NCBI GenBank assembly: GCA_041306075.1
Contig: JBFYKH010000071.1
Coordinates: 1,499 to 65,498, forward strand
Length of the DNA stretch: 64,000 nucleotides
From: Candidatus Altiarchaeota archaeon
GTDB lineage: Archaea; Altiarchaeota; Altiarchaeia; IMC4; SCGC-AAA252-I15
Direction: 5' to 3'
The first letter of the stretch is position 1; each line of letters starts with the position of its first letter. The position numbers were made by a program, and so were the translations under genes. The notes beneath the pieces were generated by a model. The model was not told the DNA's origin, did no database searches, and saw only the letters and a list, made by a program, of their open reading frames with translations. Shown here one piece after another: positions 1-8,942 of the stretch.

Positions 1-227
1 TTGTCGTATCTTGGGTGGATTTCCTGGCGTCCCGCGCCGTCCAATGCCGCGACATACCCCCTCAACTCCGCCAGAAGCTTCCCGGATGATTCCACATGAG
101 GCATGGCGTTCCCGAGCACGGCCGCGGCCTCGGCGTCCAGCCTCCCCTTCAACCAGGCTTCGAGCTCCCCCAAGCCTATCCTCTCGGGACCCCTCTTAGG
201 CTGGCGAATAAAGTCGAACAATCCCAT
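1..227 (-). CDS. Partial hypothetical protein (N-terminal 75 aa; gene runs off the window start)
   Basis: Minus-strand ATG (cat at 225-227) 13 nt downstream of the hppA stop. It opens a frame (MGLFDFIRQPKRGPERIGLGELEAWLKGRL...) with no stop before the window edge. Composition looks protein-like. No family recognised. Confidence 0.3.
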   Translation of the reverse strand, partial: MGLFDFIRQPKRGPERIGLGELEAWLKGRLDAEAAAVLGNAMPHVESSGKLLAELRGYVAALDGAGRQEIHPRYD

Positions 228-239
228 CCTAGACACCGT

Positions 240-2255
240 TCACTGAAACAGGGGGGCGAACAGCACCGCCACGATGGACACTATCTTTATGAGTATGTTC
301 AGGCTGGGGCCGCTCGTGTCCTTGAAGGGGTCGCCGACAGTGTCGCCGACGACGGCGGCCTTGTGCGCCGGGCTCCCCTTGCCCCCGAAGTTGCCCGCCT
401 CTATGTACTTCTTCGCGTTGTCCCACGCTCCCCCGGAGTTCGCCATCATGACCGCGACCACGAAGCCGGTGACCACGTTCCCGGCCAGGAGCCCGCCGAG
501 GGCGGACTTCCCGAGGAGGAAGCCGACGGCGAGCGGCGCCAGTATGGCAAGCAGGCTCGGAACGACCATCGCGTGTATGGCTGCCGTAGTGCTGATGTCG
601 ACGCAGCGCCTGTAGTCGGCCTTCGCCGTACCCTCCATGAGCCCCGCGATTTCCCTGAACTGCCTCCTCACCTCCTCGACCATCCTCTCCGCAGCCTGGC
701 CGACGGCCTTCATAGTCAGCGAGCAGAATACGAACGGGAGGAGACCGCCGATGAAGAGCCCGGCTGTGGTCTTAGAGTCTATGAGGTTTATTACATCAAG
801 CCCGGCGGCCGCCTGGTATGCTGCGAACAATGCCAGCGCCGTCAGTGCCGCGGAGCCCACGGCGAAGCCCTTCCCTATCGCCGCGGTCGTGTTCCCGACT
901 GAGTCGAGCTTCTCGGCGCGCTCCCTGACCTCCTTGCCCATCCCCCCCATCTCCGCTATGCCTGCGGCGTTGTCGGCCACTGGGCCGTAGCAGTCGGCGG
1001 CGAGAGTCATCCCCAGGGTCGAGAGCATGCCAACGGCCGCTATCGCTATCCCGTATATGCCCGCGAGCTTGAAGGAGAGAATTATCGAGGCGCAGACGAC
1101 GAGCACCGGCACGACGGTCGACATCATGCCCACGCTCAGGCCGGAGATGATGACGGTGCCGGCGCCCTCCCGGGCGGCGGCCGCTATCCCCTGCGTGGGC
1201 TTATGGTCCGCCGAGGTGTAGTATTCCGTGACGTAGCCGATGACGACTCCGGCTACGAGCCCCGACAGCATGGCCCAGTAGACCCCCATCTGTTCGGGGC
1301 CGAGCATGTAGATTGTGAGGGGGTAGGCGGCCGCCGCTATCAGTAGCGCAGTGGCGACTATGCCCCTGTTGAGCGCCCCCTCCACGTTCGAGCCGGACGT
1401 CTTCACGAAGAAGCCGCCGGCAATCGCCGCGAGTATGCCGACCGCGGAGACTGCGAGCGGCAGCATTATCCCGCCGGAGCCGGCCGCGTACAGGGCGCCG
1501 AGCGCCATGGCGGCAATGATGCTCTCGACGTAGCTCTCGTAGAGGTCCGCGCCCATCCCGGCGATGTCGCCGACGTTGTCGCCGACGTTGTCGGCTATCA
1601 CCGCAGGATTCCTCGGGTCGTCCTCCGGTATCCCGGCCTCGACCTTGCCGACCAGGTCCGCCCCTACGTCCGCGCCCTTGGTGTATATGCCCCCGCCAAC
1701 CCTCGCGAAGAGCGCCACCGAGCTCGCGCCGAAACCGAAGCCGAATATGACGTTATTAGTTGACGCCATGTTCTCCGCTGATATGCCGAAGAGCAGGTAC
1801 ACCAGGCTGACGCCGAGGACTCCGAGGCCGACGACGGACAAGCCCATCACAAGGCCGCTCGAGAACGCCACCTGGAGGCCTGCGTTCATGCTCTCCTTGA
1901 CGGCGTGGACGGCGCGGACGTTCGCCTTCGTGGAAATCCGCATGCCGATGTTGCCTGCGAGTATGGAGAGGAAACCGCCTATCAGGAATGAGACGCCTAC
2001 CGACACCTTCGGCGACAGGACCGCCGCGAGCACCACGGCCATCACTGCCATGTAGGCCGCGATGTACCTGTACTCCCTGTTGAGGAAGGCCATAGCGCCC
2101 TCGCGTATGGCGTCAGAGATTTCGAGCGTCTTTTTGTCGTCCACCCTTATCCTGCCGACCCTCATCGCCAGGAACCATGCGTAGGCCAGCGCCAACACGC
2201 TAATCCCGATGTAATAGAATACCTGGTCCATCCTGTATGTAATCTGAAGCGGCAT
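240..2255 (-). CDS. hppA: Membrane-bound proton/sodium-translocating pyrophosphatase, K+-dependent-type signature
   Basis: 671 aa, multi-TM. Carries the canonical M-PPase motifs (GGG(I/L)YTKGADVGADLVGKVE, DNVGDNVGD, EYYT). The GNTTAAIGKG motif (Ala, not Lys) marks the K+-dependent subfamily. Confidence 0.93.
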   Translation of the reverse strand: MPLQITYRMDQVFYYIGISVLALAYAWFLAMRVGRIRVDDKKTLEISDAIREGAMAFLNREYRYIAAYMAVMAVVLAAVLSPKVSVGVSFLIGGFLSILAGNIGMRISTKANVRAVHAVKESMNAGLQVAFSSGLVMGLSVVGLGVLGVSLVYLLFGISAENMASTNNVIFGFGFGASSVALFARVGGGIYTKGADVGADLVGKVEAGIPEDDPRNPAVIADNVGDNVGDIAGMGADLYESYVESIIAAMALGALYAAGSGGIMLPLAVSAVGILAAIAGGFFVKTSGSNVEGALNRGIVATALLIAAAAYPLTIYMLGPEQMGVYWAMLSGLVAGVVIGYVTEYYTSADHKPTQGIAAAAREGAGTVIISGLSVGMMSTVVPVLVVCASIILSFKLAGIYGIAIAAVGMLSTLGMTLAADCYGPVADNAAGIAEMGGMGKEVRERAEKLDSVGNTTAAIGKGFAVGSAALTALALFAAYQAAAGLDVINLIDSKTTAGLFIGGLLPFVFCSLTMKAVGQAAERMVEEVRRQFREIAGLMEGTAKADYRRCVDISTTAAIHAMVVPSLLAILAPLAVGFLLGKSALGGLLAGNVVTGFVVAVMMANSGGAWDNAKKYIEAGNFGGKGSPAHKAAVVGDTVGDPFKDTSGPSLNILIKIVSIVAVLFAPLFQ

Positions 2256-2275
2256 TTATAAAAAGGCGGCGGGCC

Positions 2276-2947
2276 TCAGATGTCATCCAGCATGGCCTCG
2301 AGTTCCTTCGCGTTCACGATGGGCCGGTCGTACTCGTCGGCGGCCATCCGCGGGCAGGCGGTGTTCACCCACACGTCCACCCTGAAGGCGAGGAGGTTGC
2401 CGGGGGAAAGCTCCTCGGCGGCGAATATGAACGCCTCCTTCCCCCTTGCCTCGAGCTTGGCCTTCAGTTCCATCGCCTTCTCCATGTCGTACTGGCCGTC
2501 CTTGGTGGAGACCATTATGCCGAACGTCTTGGAGTCGAGCGCCCTCATGAGCGCCCCCCTCCTCCGCCCCAGCCACCTCCTCTTCTCCTCGTCGGTTATC
2601 CTGTCCAGGACGCCGGAGAGCGGATTCAGCATGAAAACGGGCTTCTCAGTCCTGTACGCTATCCCGAGGGGGTGGAAGCGCCCGGAGCCGACGTAGAGTA
2701 TGCAGTCCGCGTCAAGCCCGACGGCGTTGTCCTGCCGGCAGCCGAGGACCTGGCCGCCGACCATTACCCTCTTCCCCGCCGCCTCAAGGAAGGCCTTGAC
2801 ATCATCTAGCCGGTTCAGGTGCTGGGCGGTCGCCACGAGGCCGACGGAACCGTAGGGCTCAAGCAGCTTAAGGTGCTCCCTCAGGGCGGGCAGCGGGTCC
2901 GCGAGCGAATAACATGGTATGTGGATGACCCTCATGTAATACAACAA
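2276..2947 (-). CDS. dph2: Diphthamide synthase Dph2-like protein lacking the N-terminal domain
   Basis: 223 aa. It aligns by eye with domains 2 and 3 of archaeal Dph2 (TAQH, VLGC, GSGRFHPLG, IMVSTKDGQ, ACPR motifs). The first ~100 aa, including the first Fe-S cysteine ligand, have no counterpart. Only 22 nt separate its start from the upstream FKBP gene's stop, so the missing domain cannot sit in another frame here. Confidence 0.6.
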   Translation of the reverse strand: MLYYMRVIHIPCYSLADPLPALREHLKLLEPYGSVGLVATAQHLNRLDDVKAFLEAAGKRVMVGGQVLGCRQDNAVGLDADCILYVGSGRFHPLGIAYRTEKPVFMLNPLSGVLDRITDEEKRRWLGRRRGALMRALDSKTFGIMVSTKDGQYDMEKAMELKAKLEARGKEAFIFAAEELSPGNLLAFRVDVWVNTACPRMAADEYDRPIVNAKELEAMLDDI

Positions 2948-2969
2948 GGCTTAGATAAAAATAACCCGC

Positions 2970-3674
2970 CTACTTCTTTTTCTTCTCTTCGGCGGCGTCC
3001 TTCTTAGCCTCGGATTTCGGGTTCTCCCACGTCTCCTCGTAGGTGACGGCCTCGAGCTCAAGGTTCTTGAAGGCTTCGGCGGAAAGCGACGCCTTCCTGA
3101 CCATCAGGTTCCTGTCGTGGAACGCCTTCTTTGGCAGGGTCAGCGTGAGCCTCTTGCCCTGGAGGCTGACGTCGAACCCCTCGGCGGACTCGAAGTTCCT
3201 CTCCACCAGGCATTTCACCTTCTCCTCGTCGGACTTCGCCTTCTCCACGACCTCGACGTCGAAGACGAGGGTCTTGCCTGCGAGCTCGTGGTTGAAGTCT
3301 ACGCGGACGCGGCCGCCGGACACTGTCTGGACCCTCCCGCGCATGCCGTCGATTTCTACCGGCATGCCAGGCATCGGGTTCATGCCCTCCTGCCTGAAAA
3401 CCTTAACCGGAACCAGCTTTATCCTCGCGGCGCTCTTTTCGCCGTAGCCTTTCTGGGGCTCGACGGTGACGGTCTTCTTCTCGCCGACCTTCATCCCCGC
3501 GAGGGCTTCGTCGAGGCCGGGTATGACCTGGCCTTCGCCGACGGCGACGGACAGAGGCTTGTACACCCTGTCCTTCCTGTCTATGCCCTCCTTCTTGGCG
3601 GTCTCCTCGAGGGTGGTGTCGAACACCACGCCGTCCTTAACGCGTCCCGTGTAGTTTATTTTGATGAAATCCAT
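2970..3674 (-). CDS. FKBP-type peptidyl-prolyl cis-trans isomerase (long archaeal type, with insert-in-flap and C-terminal domain)
   Basis: 234 aa. N-terminal FKBP fold motifs (GRVKDGVVFDTT, VGEGQVIPGLDEALAGMKVGEKK) and a Lys-rich C-terminus. Confidence 0.85.
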   Translation of the reverse strand: MDFIKINYTGRVKDGVVFDTTLEETAKKEGIDRKDRVYKPLSVAVGEGQVIPGLDEALAGMKVGEKKTVTVEPQKGYGEKSAARIKLVPVKVFRQEGMNPMPGMPVEIDGMRGRVQTVSGGRVRVDFNHELAGKTLVFDVEVVEKAKSDEEKVKCLVERNFESAEGFDVSLQGKRLTLTLPKKAFHDRNLMVRKASLSAEAFKNLELEAVTYEETWENPKSEAKKDAAEEKKKK

Positions 3675-3704
3675 TTTACTTGGGTTTTAAGAATAACGCA
3701 TCCT

Positions 3705-3715
3705 ATTATAAATAC
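3705..3715 (+). promoter_or_regulatory. TATA box (tattataaata) 16-26 nt upstream of the ATG at 3731
   Basis: AT-rich hexamer run in an otherwise GC-rich divergent intergenic region. The spacing fits a leaderless archaeal transcript. Confidence 0.35.
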
Positions 3716-3730
3716 CCTTTTCGCAGGCAT

Positions 3731-4558
3731 ATGGCAAAAAAGAACGGGAAGCAGGCTAGGTTCGGGATAAGGCTGCCGAAGCAGTGGATGAAGTACCTGA
3801 TAGTCATCACCGGGGTGGTCATGCTATTCTCCGGCCTCTACACAGGCATAGAGCGCGACGAGCCGCAGGCCGCCGGGGCCGACGTCCGCGCGAAATGGAA
3901 CGTCGTCCAGTATGACTCCGCCAGCCTCGGGCAGGGGAGCGCCCTGGTGAAGATAATCGGCCCCACCGGGCAGTACAAGCTGAAGCCGAGCGCGATGTCG
4001 AGGATGAGCGAACAGGACATCGCGGACGTGTTCGAGAGCAACGTCACCGGCGTCAGGAGCATAGTCCTGGAGAGCGCCCCCACCGAGGCGTTCTTCCACA
4101 TTGAGACCGACGGCAGCGACGTGTCCTCCGAGGTGGCCCGGAGGATTAGGATGCCCGGCGGATACCAGACATACGGCGTCTACCTGGGCGCGACGCCGTA
4201 CGGCAACCTAAACGTCGTGGGCGAGGGCCTCGCGGAGGGCGACTGGGTCAGGGTAATACTCCTTGAGCGCATGAGGGATGGCGCATCCGACACGCTCGGC
4301 TTCGTGGAGAGGAAGATACCCTCCGGGGAGGCATATGACGCCGTCGTGACCGGTTTCGACTCCGAGGATAATTCGACTACCGCGTACGTCCGTCTCCCGG
4401 AAGAGCTGGTCCTCGCCGGCTCGCCTGTCCAGCTGCCCGAGGGAGGCGTCGTCGCGGCCTCCCTGCCGTCGGGCGCAAAGGTCAACGACACGGTACGCGT
4501 GAAAGTGTCTTCAATAACCCTGTCTAACATGACTGCGTACTTCGCTACCGCGACTTGA
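3731..4558 (+). CDS. Hypothetical membrane-anchored protein (N-terminal TM helix, extracytoplasmic domain)
   Basis: The ORF track begins at 3680. The start was moved to the ATG at 3731 (MAKKNGKQ...), which is followed by one hydrophobic helix (YLIVITGVVMLFSGLY). No recognisable family. Confidence 0.5.
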   Translation: MAKKNGKQARFGIRLPKQWMKYLIVITGVVMLFSGLYTGIERDEPQAAGADVRAKWNVVQYDSASLGQGSALVKIIGPTGQYKLKPSAMSRMSEQDIADVFESNVTGVRSIVLESAPTEAFFHIETDGSDVSSEVARRIRMPGGYQTYGVYLGATPYGNLNVVGEGLAEGDWVRVILLERMRDGASDTLGFVERKIPSGEAYDAVVTGFDSEDNSTTAYVRLPEELVLAGSPVQLPEGGVVAASLPSGAKVNDTVRVKVSSITLSNMTAYFATAT

Positions 4559-5090
4559 GCCACTGGCAGAGGAGTTCCGTCGCCTTCCCCCTGTGGCTGA
4601 CCTCGTGCTTGCGCTTCACGTCCTCTGCGAACGTCTTCTTCCCGTCCGCCGGCTGGAATATCGGGTCGTAGCCGAAGCCGCCCCTGCCGCGCATCTCGTA
4701 CGTTATGTAGCCGTCCACCACGCCCTCGAACAGCATCTCCTCCTCGCCCTTGTACGCTATCGCGGAGACGAACTTCGCCCTCCTGTCCTGCATGCCCTCC
4801 ATAAGCCTCAGTATGCCCTCGCAGCCTATCTTCCCGTAGGCGAAGGCGCTGTAGGCGCCGGGGAAGCCGTTCAGGGCGTCGATGAAGAGGCCGGAGTCCT
4901 CCACTATTATCGGCCTCTTAATCTGTGAGTGGACGTGCCTCGCCCCCTCCTCGGCGACGGTCCTCACGGAGTCGGCGCGGACCTCCGGGTACATGACGTT
5001 AATCTGAGAGAACGATACCATGTGCAGCTGGCCTATCTTGTTGGCCTCGGCGACCTTGTGCCGGTTGCTCGTCGCGAACAATATCTCCAT
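4545..5090 (-). CDS. Non-canonical purine NTP pyrophosphatase (Ham1/RdgB/ITPase family)
   Basis: 181 aa. Carries the signatures ILFATSNRHK, EDSGL, GFPGAYSA and GFGYDPIF. Confidence 0.85.
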   Translation of the reverse strand: MEILFATSNRHKVAEANKIGQLHMVSFSQINVMYPEVRADSVRTVAEEGARHVHSQIKRPIIVEDSGLFIDALNGFPGAYSAFAYGKIGCEGILRLMEGMQDRRAKFVSAIAYKGEEEMLFEGVVDGYITYEMRGRGGFGYDPIFQPADGKKTFAEDVKRKHEVSHRGKATELLCQWLKSR

Positions 5091-5126
5091 GTATGGATTT
5101 AATTCCGTGCGCTTATAAAGTATCCC

Positions 5127-6218
5127 ATGCGCGCGAACGCCATCTTCTTCCTGAGCACGGCGTCCACCGGGATGAGCGTCCTGTTCATACCCGTCATAGC
5201 AAAGGAGCTCGGCGCGAGCAACCTGGTGGTCGGGCTCATCGTCTCGATATACGGGCTCATGTCCCTCGTCTCCATGTACCTCTTCGGATGGGTCAGCGAC
5301 AACCGGGGCCGGCTCGCGCTCATCAAGGCGGGCATGCTCCTGTCGACGTTCACGTTCATGCTGCAGGTCTTCTCCCAGAGCCAGGAGTCGCTCCTTCTTA
5401 TCCGCGCACTCTGCGGGTTCAGCATAGGCGTGTTCTACAGCTCGCTCGTCATATACGGCCTCGAGTCAGGCAAGAAGCTAGGGAAGTTCACGTCCTACGA
5501 GAGCCTCGGCTGGGGGCTCGGCAACCTCGCGGCCGGCGCGATAGCGGCGTACGCGGACGTCTTCATACTCTCCGCAATAATGTTCCTCGTCAGCTTCGCC
5601 TTGGCGTTGAAGCTCCCGAACGTGAAATCGCACCACGTCCGGGTGCCTCTGATACCTCTTGGGATAATCAGGCGGAACCTCAACGTCTACGTCCCATTCC
5701 TCCTGCGGGACATCGGCGCGTTCAGCATATGGGCCTTCTTCCCCCTCTACCTCTACGACCTCGGCGCCTCCAGCCTCTGGATAGGGATAATATACTTCTT
5801 CAACACCGGCGGGCAATTCCTATTCAAGCAGCACATCGACCGCTACGGCAGCGAGCGGCTGTTCACGTGGGGTCTGGCATTGTCCGCAGCCGCATTCTAC
5901 GCCTACGGCCTCCCGACGTACTACCTGCACGTCCTCCTGATGCAGCTCATGGTAGCGGCAGCCTGGAGCGCTCTCAGCGTCGGGGCCATGGGCCTCCTGA
6001 CCGAGCGGAACCCGGAGAAGGCAGCGGTCATCGGCCTCTTCTCGAGCGCCAGGAGCTTCGCGCAGATTATCGGCCCGCTCATAGCCGGGGCCGTAACCCA
6101 TGTGTGGGGGTTCGGCGCGCTGATGATATTCGCGGGGACGATAACTCTAGCAGGCCTCCTCATGCACATGGCGCTGCGCACGAGCGCTAAGAACGCGCGA
6201 AGCCAAGCGGCTGTCTGA
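5127..6218 (+). CDS. Major facilitator superfamily transporter
   Basis: 363 aa with about 12 predicted TM helices and an MFS-like loop (GWVSDNRGR) between TM2 and TM3. Confidence 0.8.
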   Translation: MRANAIFFLSTASTGMSVLFIPVIAKELGASNLVVGLIVSIYGLMSLVSMYLFGWVSDNRGRLALIKAGMLLSTFTFMLQVFSQSQESLLLIRALCGFSIGVFYSSLVIYGLESGKKLGKFTSYESLGWGLGNLAAGAIAAYADVFILSAIMFLVSFALALKLPNVKSHHVRVPLIPLGIIRRNLNVYVPFLLRDIGAFSIWAFFPLYLYDLGASSLWIGIIYFFNTGGQFLFKQHIDRYGSERLFTWGLALSAAAFYAYGLPTYYLHVLLMQLMVAAAWSALSVGAMGLLTERNPEKAAVIGLFSSARSFAQIIGPLIAGAVTHVWGFGALMIFAGTITLAGLLMHMALRTSAKNARSQAAV

Positions 6219-6263
6219 CCTGTCCCCTGGGGGGTAGATGTCAGTCCCGGGCTAACCGACGGC

Positions 6264-6803
6264 TCAGGTCTCCGGTAGCGTGTCCGTTGTTGTCGTTACG
6301 GTGCTGCTGGAGCTGTCCGGAAAACAAGCGCACGCGGCATGCTCAAGGTCCACCAAGACGAAGCGACAACTTGGCTTGTCCACTGGGCAGGCGCCCTCGC
6401 ACTGCGCAGTCGGCTCACCCCATTGGTTGAGTGTCGGGGAGCATGGCTTTGTGCAGTAGCAGCTTAAGCCATAACTCACGCAAACCTGGCTAGGGTCGCT
6501 GCAGTAGCCGTCGCATTGTGGGGCAAGTAGCATGCCGCACGGGTTTTTGCATGCGCATCCACCGGTGTTCTGCCACTGGTCTTGGAATGTGCAGAATTGG
6601 CCCTGTGGGCAGCTCCAAACGCACTGTTGGTCAAGAGGGTTACCGCATTGGGGTATAGTGAATGAGCTTGGCGGTATGGTGTACGTCGGGGTGGTGTATG
6701 TCGCATCGACGTTCCCGTTGGCGTAGGCTAGAGCCACCAAAATCGCAACGGCGATTGGAAAAAACAAGGCTCCCGCACAGTCCTGCCTGTTAGTCGAGTC
6801 CAT
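6264..6803 (-). CDS. Cysteine-rich secreted/membrane-anchored protein, unknown function
   Basis: 179 aa. Signal peptide with a cleavage-like AYA|NG site. About 28 Cys in about 150 aa, in CxxC/CxC-like patterns, and a Thr-rich C-terminus. Confidence 0.55.
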   Translation of the reverse strand: MDSTNRQDCAGALFFPIAVAILVALAYANGNVDATYTTPTYTIPPSSFTIPQCGNPLDQQCVWSCPQGQFCTFQDQWQNTGGCACKNPCGMLLAPQCDGYCSDPSQVCVSYGLSCYCTKPCSPTLNQWGEPTAQCEGACPVDKPSCRFVLVDLEHAACACFPDSSSSTVTTTTDTLPET

Positions 6804-6845
6804 GTTATCTAATGCTTAGCCGCCTTATATAATCCAACGGAGTCG

Positions 6846-7331
6846 CTATTTCTGTCCTGTCCTGAACTCCATCAGTTCCGGGACCGGCTCGCGGCTAGCG
6901 GAGATTATCGCGAGTATGCCCGCCCTGTCGTCCAAGGCCGGCGTCCTGTCGAAGAGGCAGCTTTCGGCGATGGCTCTGTCCCCCGCTTCCCTGTAGCGCT
7001 TTGTTGTGGAGATGACGGCCTGCGGGAGAATCTTTGGCAAATCGGCAGCCTTAATCGGCACCGCGTCCACGAGCCTCCTGCATTCCGGGGAATCGCCCGC
7101 CTTAGCGCGGGCCGTTACCAGCGACCTGACGACTCCTCTGGCGATGGCAACGTCAATGTCCTCGGGGCCAATGCTTTGGTACCCCCTCATGTCGGGGTCG
7201 GACCTCAGCGCCGCCTTCGTCGCCTCGATGTGGGCTACGTTATATGCTATACAGGCATCCAAAGGAGTCATCTGCCTGGACGTTTCAGCGCCGGATTGCG
7301 TCGGCCCCCCCCGGGCGACCCTCTCTTTCAC
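6846..7331 (-). CDS. Hypothetical protein
   Basis: 161-aa ORF with protein-like composition and no recognisable motifs. The start is uncertain. Confidence 0.4.
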   Translation of the reverse strand: MKERVARGGPTQSGAETSRQMTPLDACIAYNVAHIEATKAALRSDPDMRGYQSIGPEDIDVAIARGVVRSLVTARAKAGDSPECRRLVDAVPIKAADLPKILPQAVISTTKRYREAGDRAIAESCLFDRTPALDDRAGILAIISASREPVPELMEFRTGQK

Positions 7332-7619
7332 GATACTACTACGGGCAGGATAATCTTAAAAACCCTGAGGTGTTTTGAACAATGTCCACTATCTTTCTCC
7401 TGCGAATCTCCGAAGCGGAGGAACATCCGCCCCCACGGGCGCATCCACAAAAAGCTGCCGCCACAGGAAATGCATCAAATCCAGAAGGCAGCCGTCCCCG
7501 GCCGCCCTCGCCGAATCAACGGCCCCCACATCGCCGGGACATCCTCCGGCGGAACCGCCCCGCCCTCACCGAGAGACCGTCATGTCGTTTACTGACCGGG
7601 GTTTCAGCGGATAAAAGCG

Positions 7620-8564
7620 CTACTTGAGACTGAAGCACCGCTTGAATATCCTCTCGCAGTCCTCGGGGCGGGTGGCGTTGAAGGGCTCGTACTCCTCCGG
7701 GGTCCCGGAGCCCTTGTCGTTGGCGGCGGTCACCACCTGGAGGCCGAATCCCTCCCTTATCTCCTCCATCAGGTTCAGCTGAGGCTTCAGGTACTGCTCC
7801 GGGTCGATGATGAACAGCACGACGTCGGCCAGGTACCTGAGGGCGAGGACGGCCTGCAGTTCCACGTGGTTGCGCTCGCCCATCGGGCGGTCGAGTATCC
7901 CCGGGGAGTCGATTATCTGGTATTCCATGTACCTGTGGACCCTGTAGCCGACGAGTATCTCCGTGGTCGTGAACGGGTAGGGCGCTACCTTCACGTTGGA
8001 GCCGGTGAGCGCCTTGACGAACGTGCTCTTCCCGGCGTTCGGGATTCCCGCGACGACGAGCGTCGGCACGTCCCTCAGGAGCGGGAACGACGATATCAGC
8101 ACCTTCGCCTCCTGCAGGAAACTAAGTTCCGGCCTGATGCGCTTCACGAAGGAGCTCGCCCTCCCGAGGAATGCGCGGCTCTCCTCCGTGTCCTTCTGCG
8201 TCTTCAGCTTCCTGAGCGTCTTGTTCCTGAGGAACGAAATCCTCTCGCTGCACCATTTCACGGTGGCGAGGCTCTTCTTGTACCTGTCGCGGTTCACCCG
8301 AAGGTCAAGGAGGCTCCGGTGGAACTCGCTCATCTCCTCGTACCGGGGGAAGTACTTGACGACGGCGTTGAGGTCCCCCTCAAGGACTGCGGCCGCGGTC
8401 TCTACCCGCCGTATCTCGCCGGTCAGGAGCTTCTCCGGCTTCTTCGGGCCCATCGCCCTCGCCTTCCTCCCGTCCTTGGAGCCCGCCTTGAAGGCGTTGT
8501 CTATGAGGTCGTCGGCCGAAGGCACGTGAGGGAGCCGCCACATGCTTATATCTAGCCCGTACAT
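7620..8564 (-). CDS. Nog1/NOG-family GTP-binding protein
   Basis: 314 aa. G1 motif GIPNAGKST, G3 DSPG, and the NOG1 N-terminal helical region. Confidence 0.8.
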   Translation of the reverse strand: MYGLDISMWRLPHVPSADDLIDNAFKAGSKDGRKARAMGPKKPEKLLTGEIRRVETAAAVLEGDLNAVVKYFPRYEEMSEFHRSLLDLRVNRDRYKKSLATVKWCSERISFLRNKTLRKLKTQKDTEESRAFLGRASSFVKRIRPELSFLQEAKVLISSFPLLRDVPTLVVAGIPNAGKSTFVKALTGSNVKVAPYPFTTTEILVGYRVHRYMEYQIIDSPGILDRPMGERNHVELQAVLALRYLADVVLFIIDPEQYLKPQLNLMEEIREGFGLQVVTAANDKGSGTPEEYEPFNATRPEDCERIFKRCFSLK

Positions 8565-8585
8565 GAATTATAACGGTGATTTTTT

Positions 8586-8942
8586 ATGTCTAGGTCTACT
8601 GTGAAGGTCAAGCATCTCGGGATATGGTCTACTGCGAAGTTCGCGTCTGTCTTCTGCTTCGTCTTCAGCATCCTCTTCCTCCTCGTGTGGGGGGCCGTGT
8701 TCGCCGCGATGATGCTGTTCTCGATGATACTAGGCATCGGCTTGGGCGGCAGCGACGCCCTCCTCGGCACCATCCTCGGCGCAGGCGTGGGCCTGGCAAG
8801 CTTCGTATTCGGGGCGGTCGTGTTCGTGATAATATACACGATAGTCGGCTTCGTCATGGGCGCCATCGCGTCCATAGCGTTCAACGTCGTGGTTAAGCTG
8901 TCCGGCGGCCTCTCGTTCGACGCGGAACTCGAATCCAAGTGA
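8586..8942 (+). CDS. Small integral membrane protein (3-4 TM helices)
   Basis: 118 aa, highly hydrophobic (FASVFCFVFSILFLLVWGAVF...). Confidence 0.5.
   Translation: MSRSTVKVKHLGIWSTAKFASVFCFVFSILFLLVWGAVFAAMMLFSMILGIGLGGSDALLGTILGAGVGLASFVFGAVVFVIIYTIVGFVMGAIASIAFNVVVKLSGGLSFDAELESK

Noticed and set aside
96-902. 268-aa plus-strand ORF, and similar long ORFs antisense to hppA (for example 274-615, 637-990, 1564-2055)
   Set aside because: They lie entirely inside the strongly supported minus-strand hppA gene. Their Arg/Pro/Ala-rich composition is typical of antisense frames in high-GC DNA.
5093-6190. 365-aa Arg/His/Pro-rich ORF overlapping the MFS transporter in another frame
   Set aside because: The overlapping frame 5127-6218 has a clear 12-TM MFS profile. 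This frame is a GC artefact.
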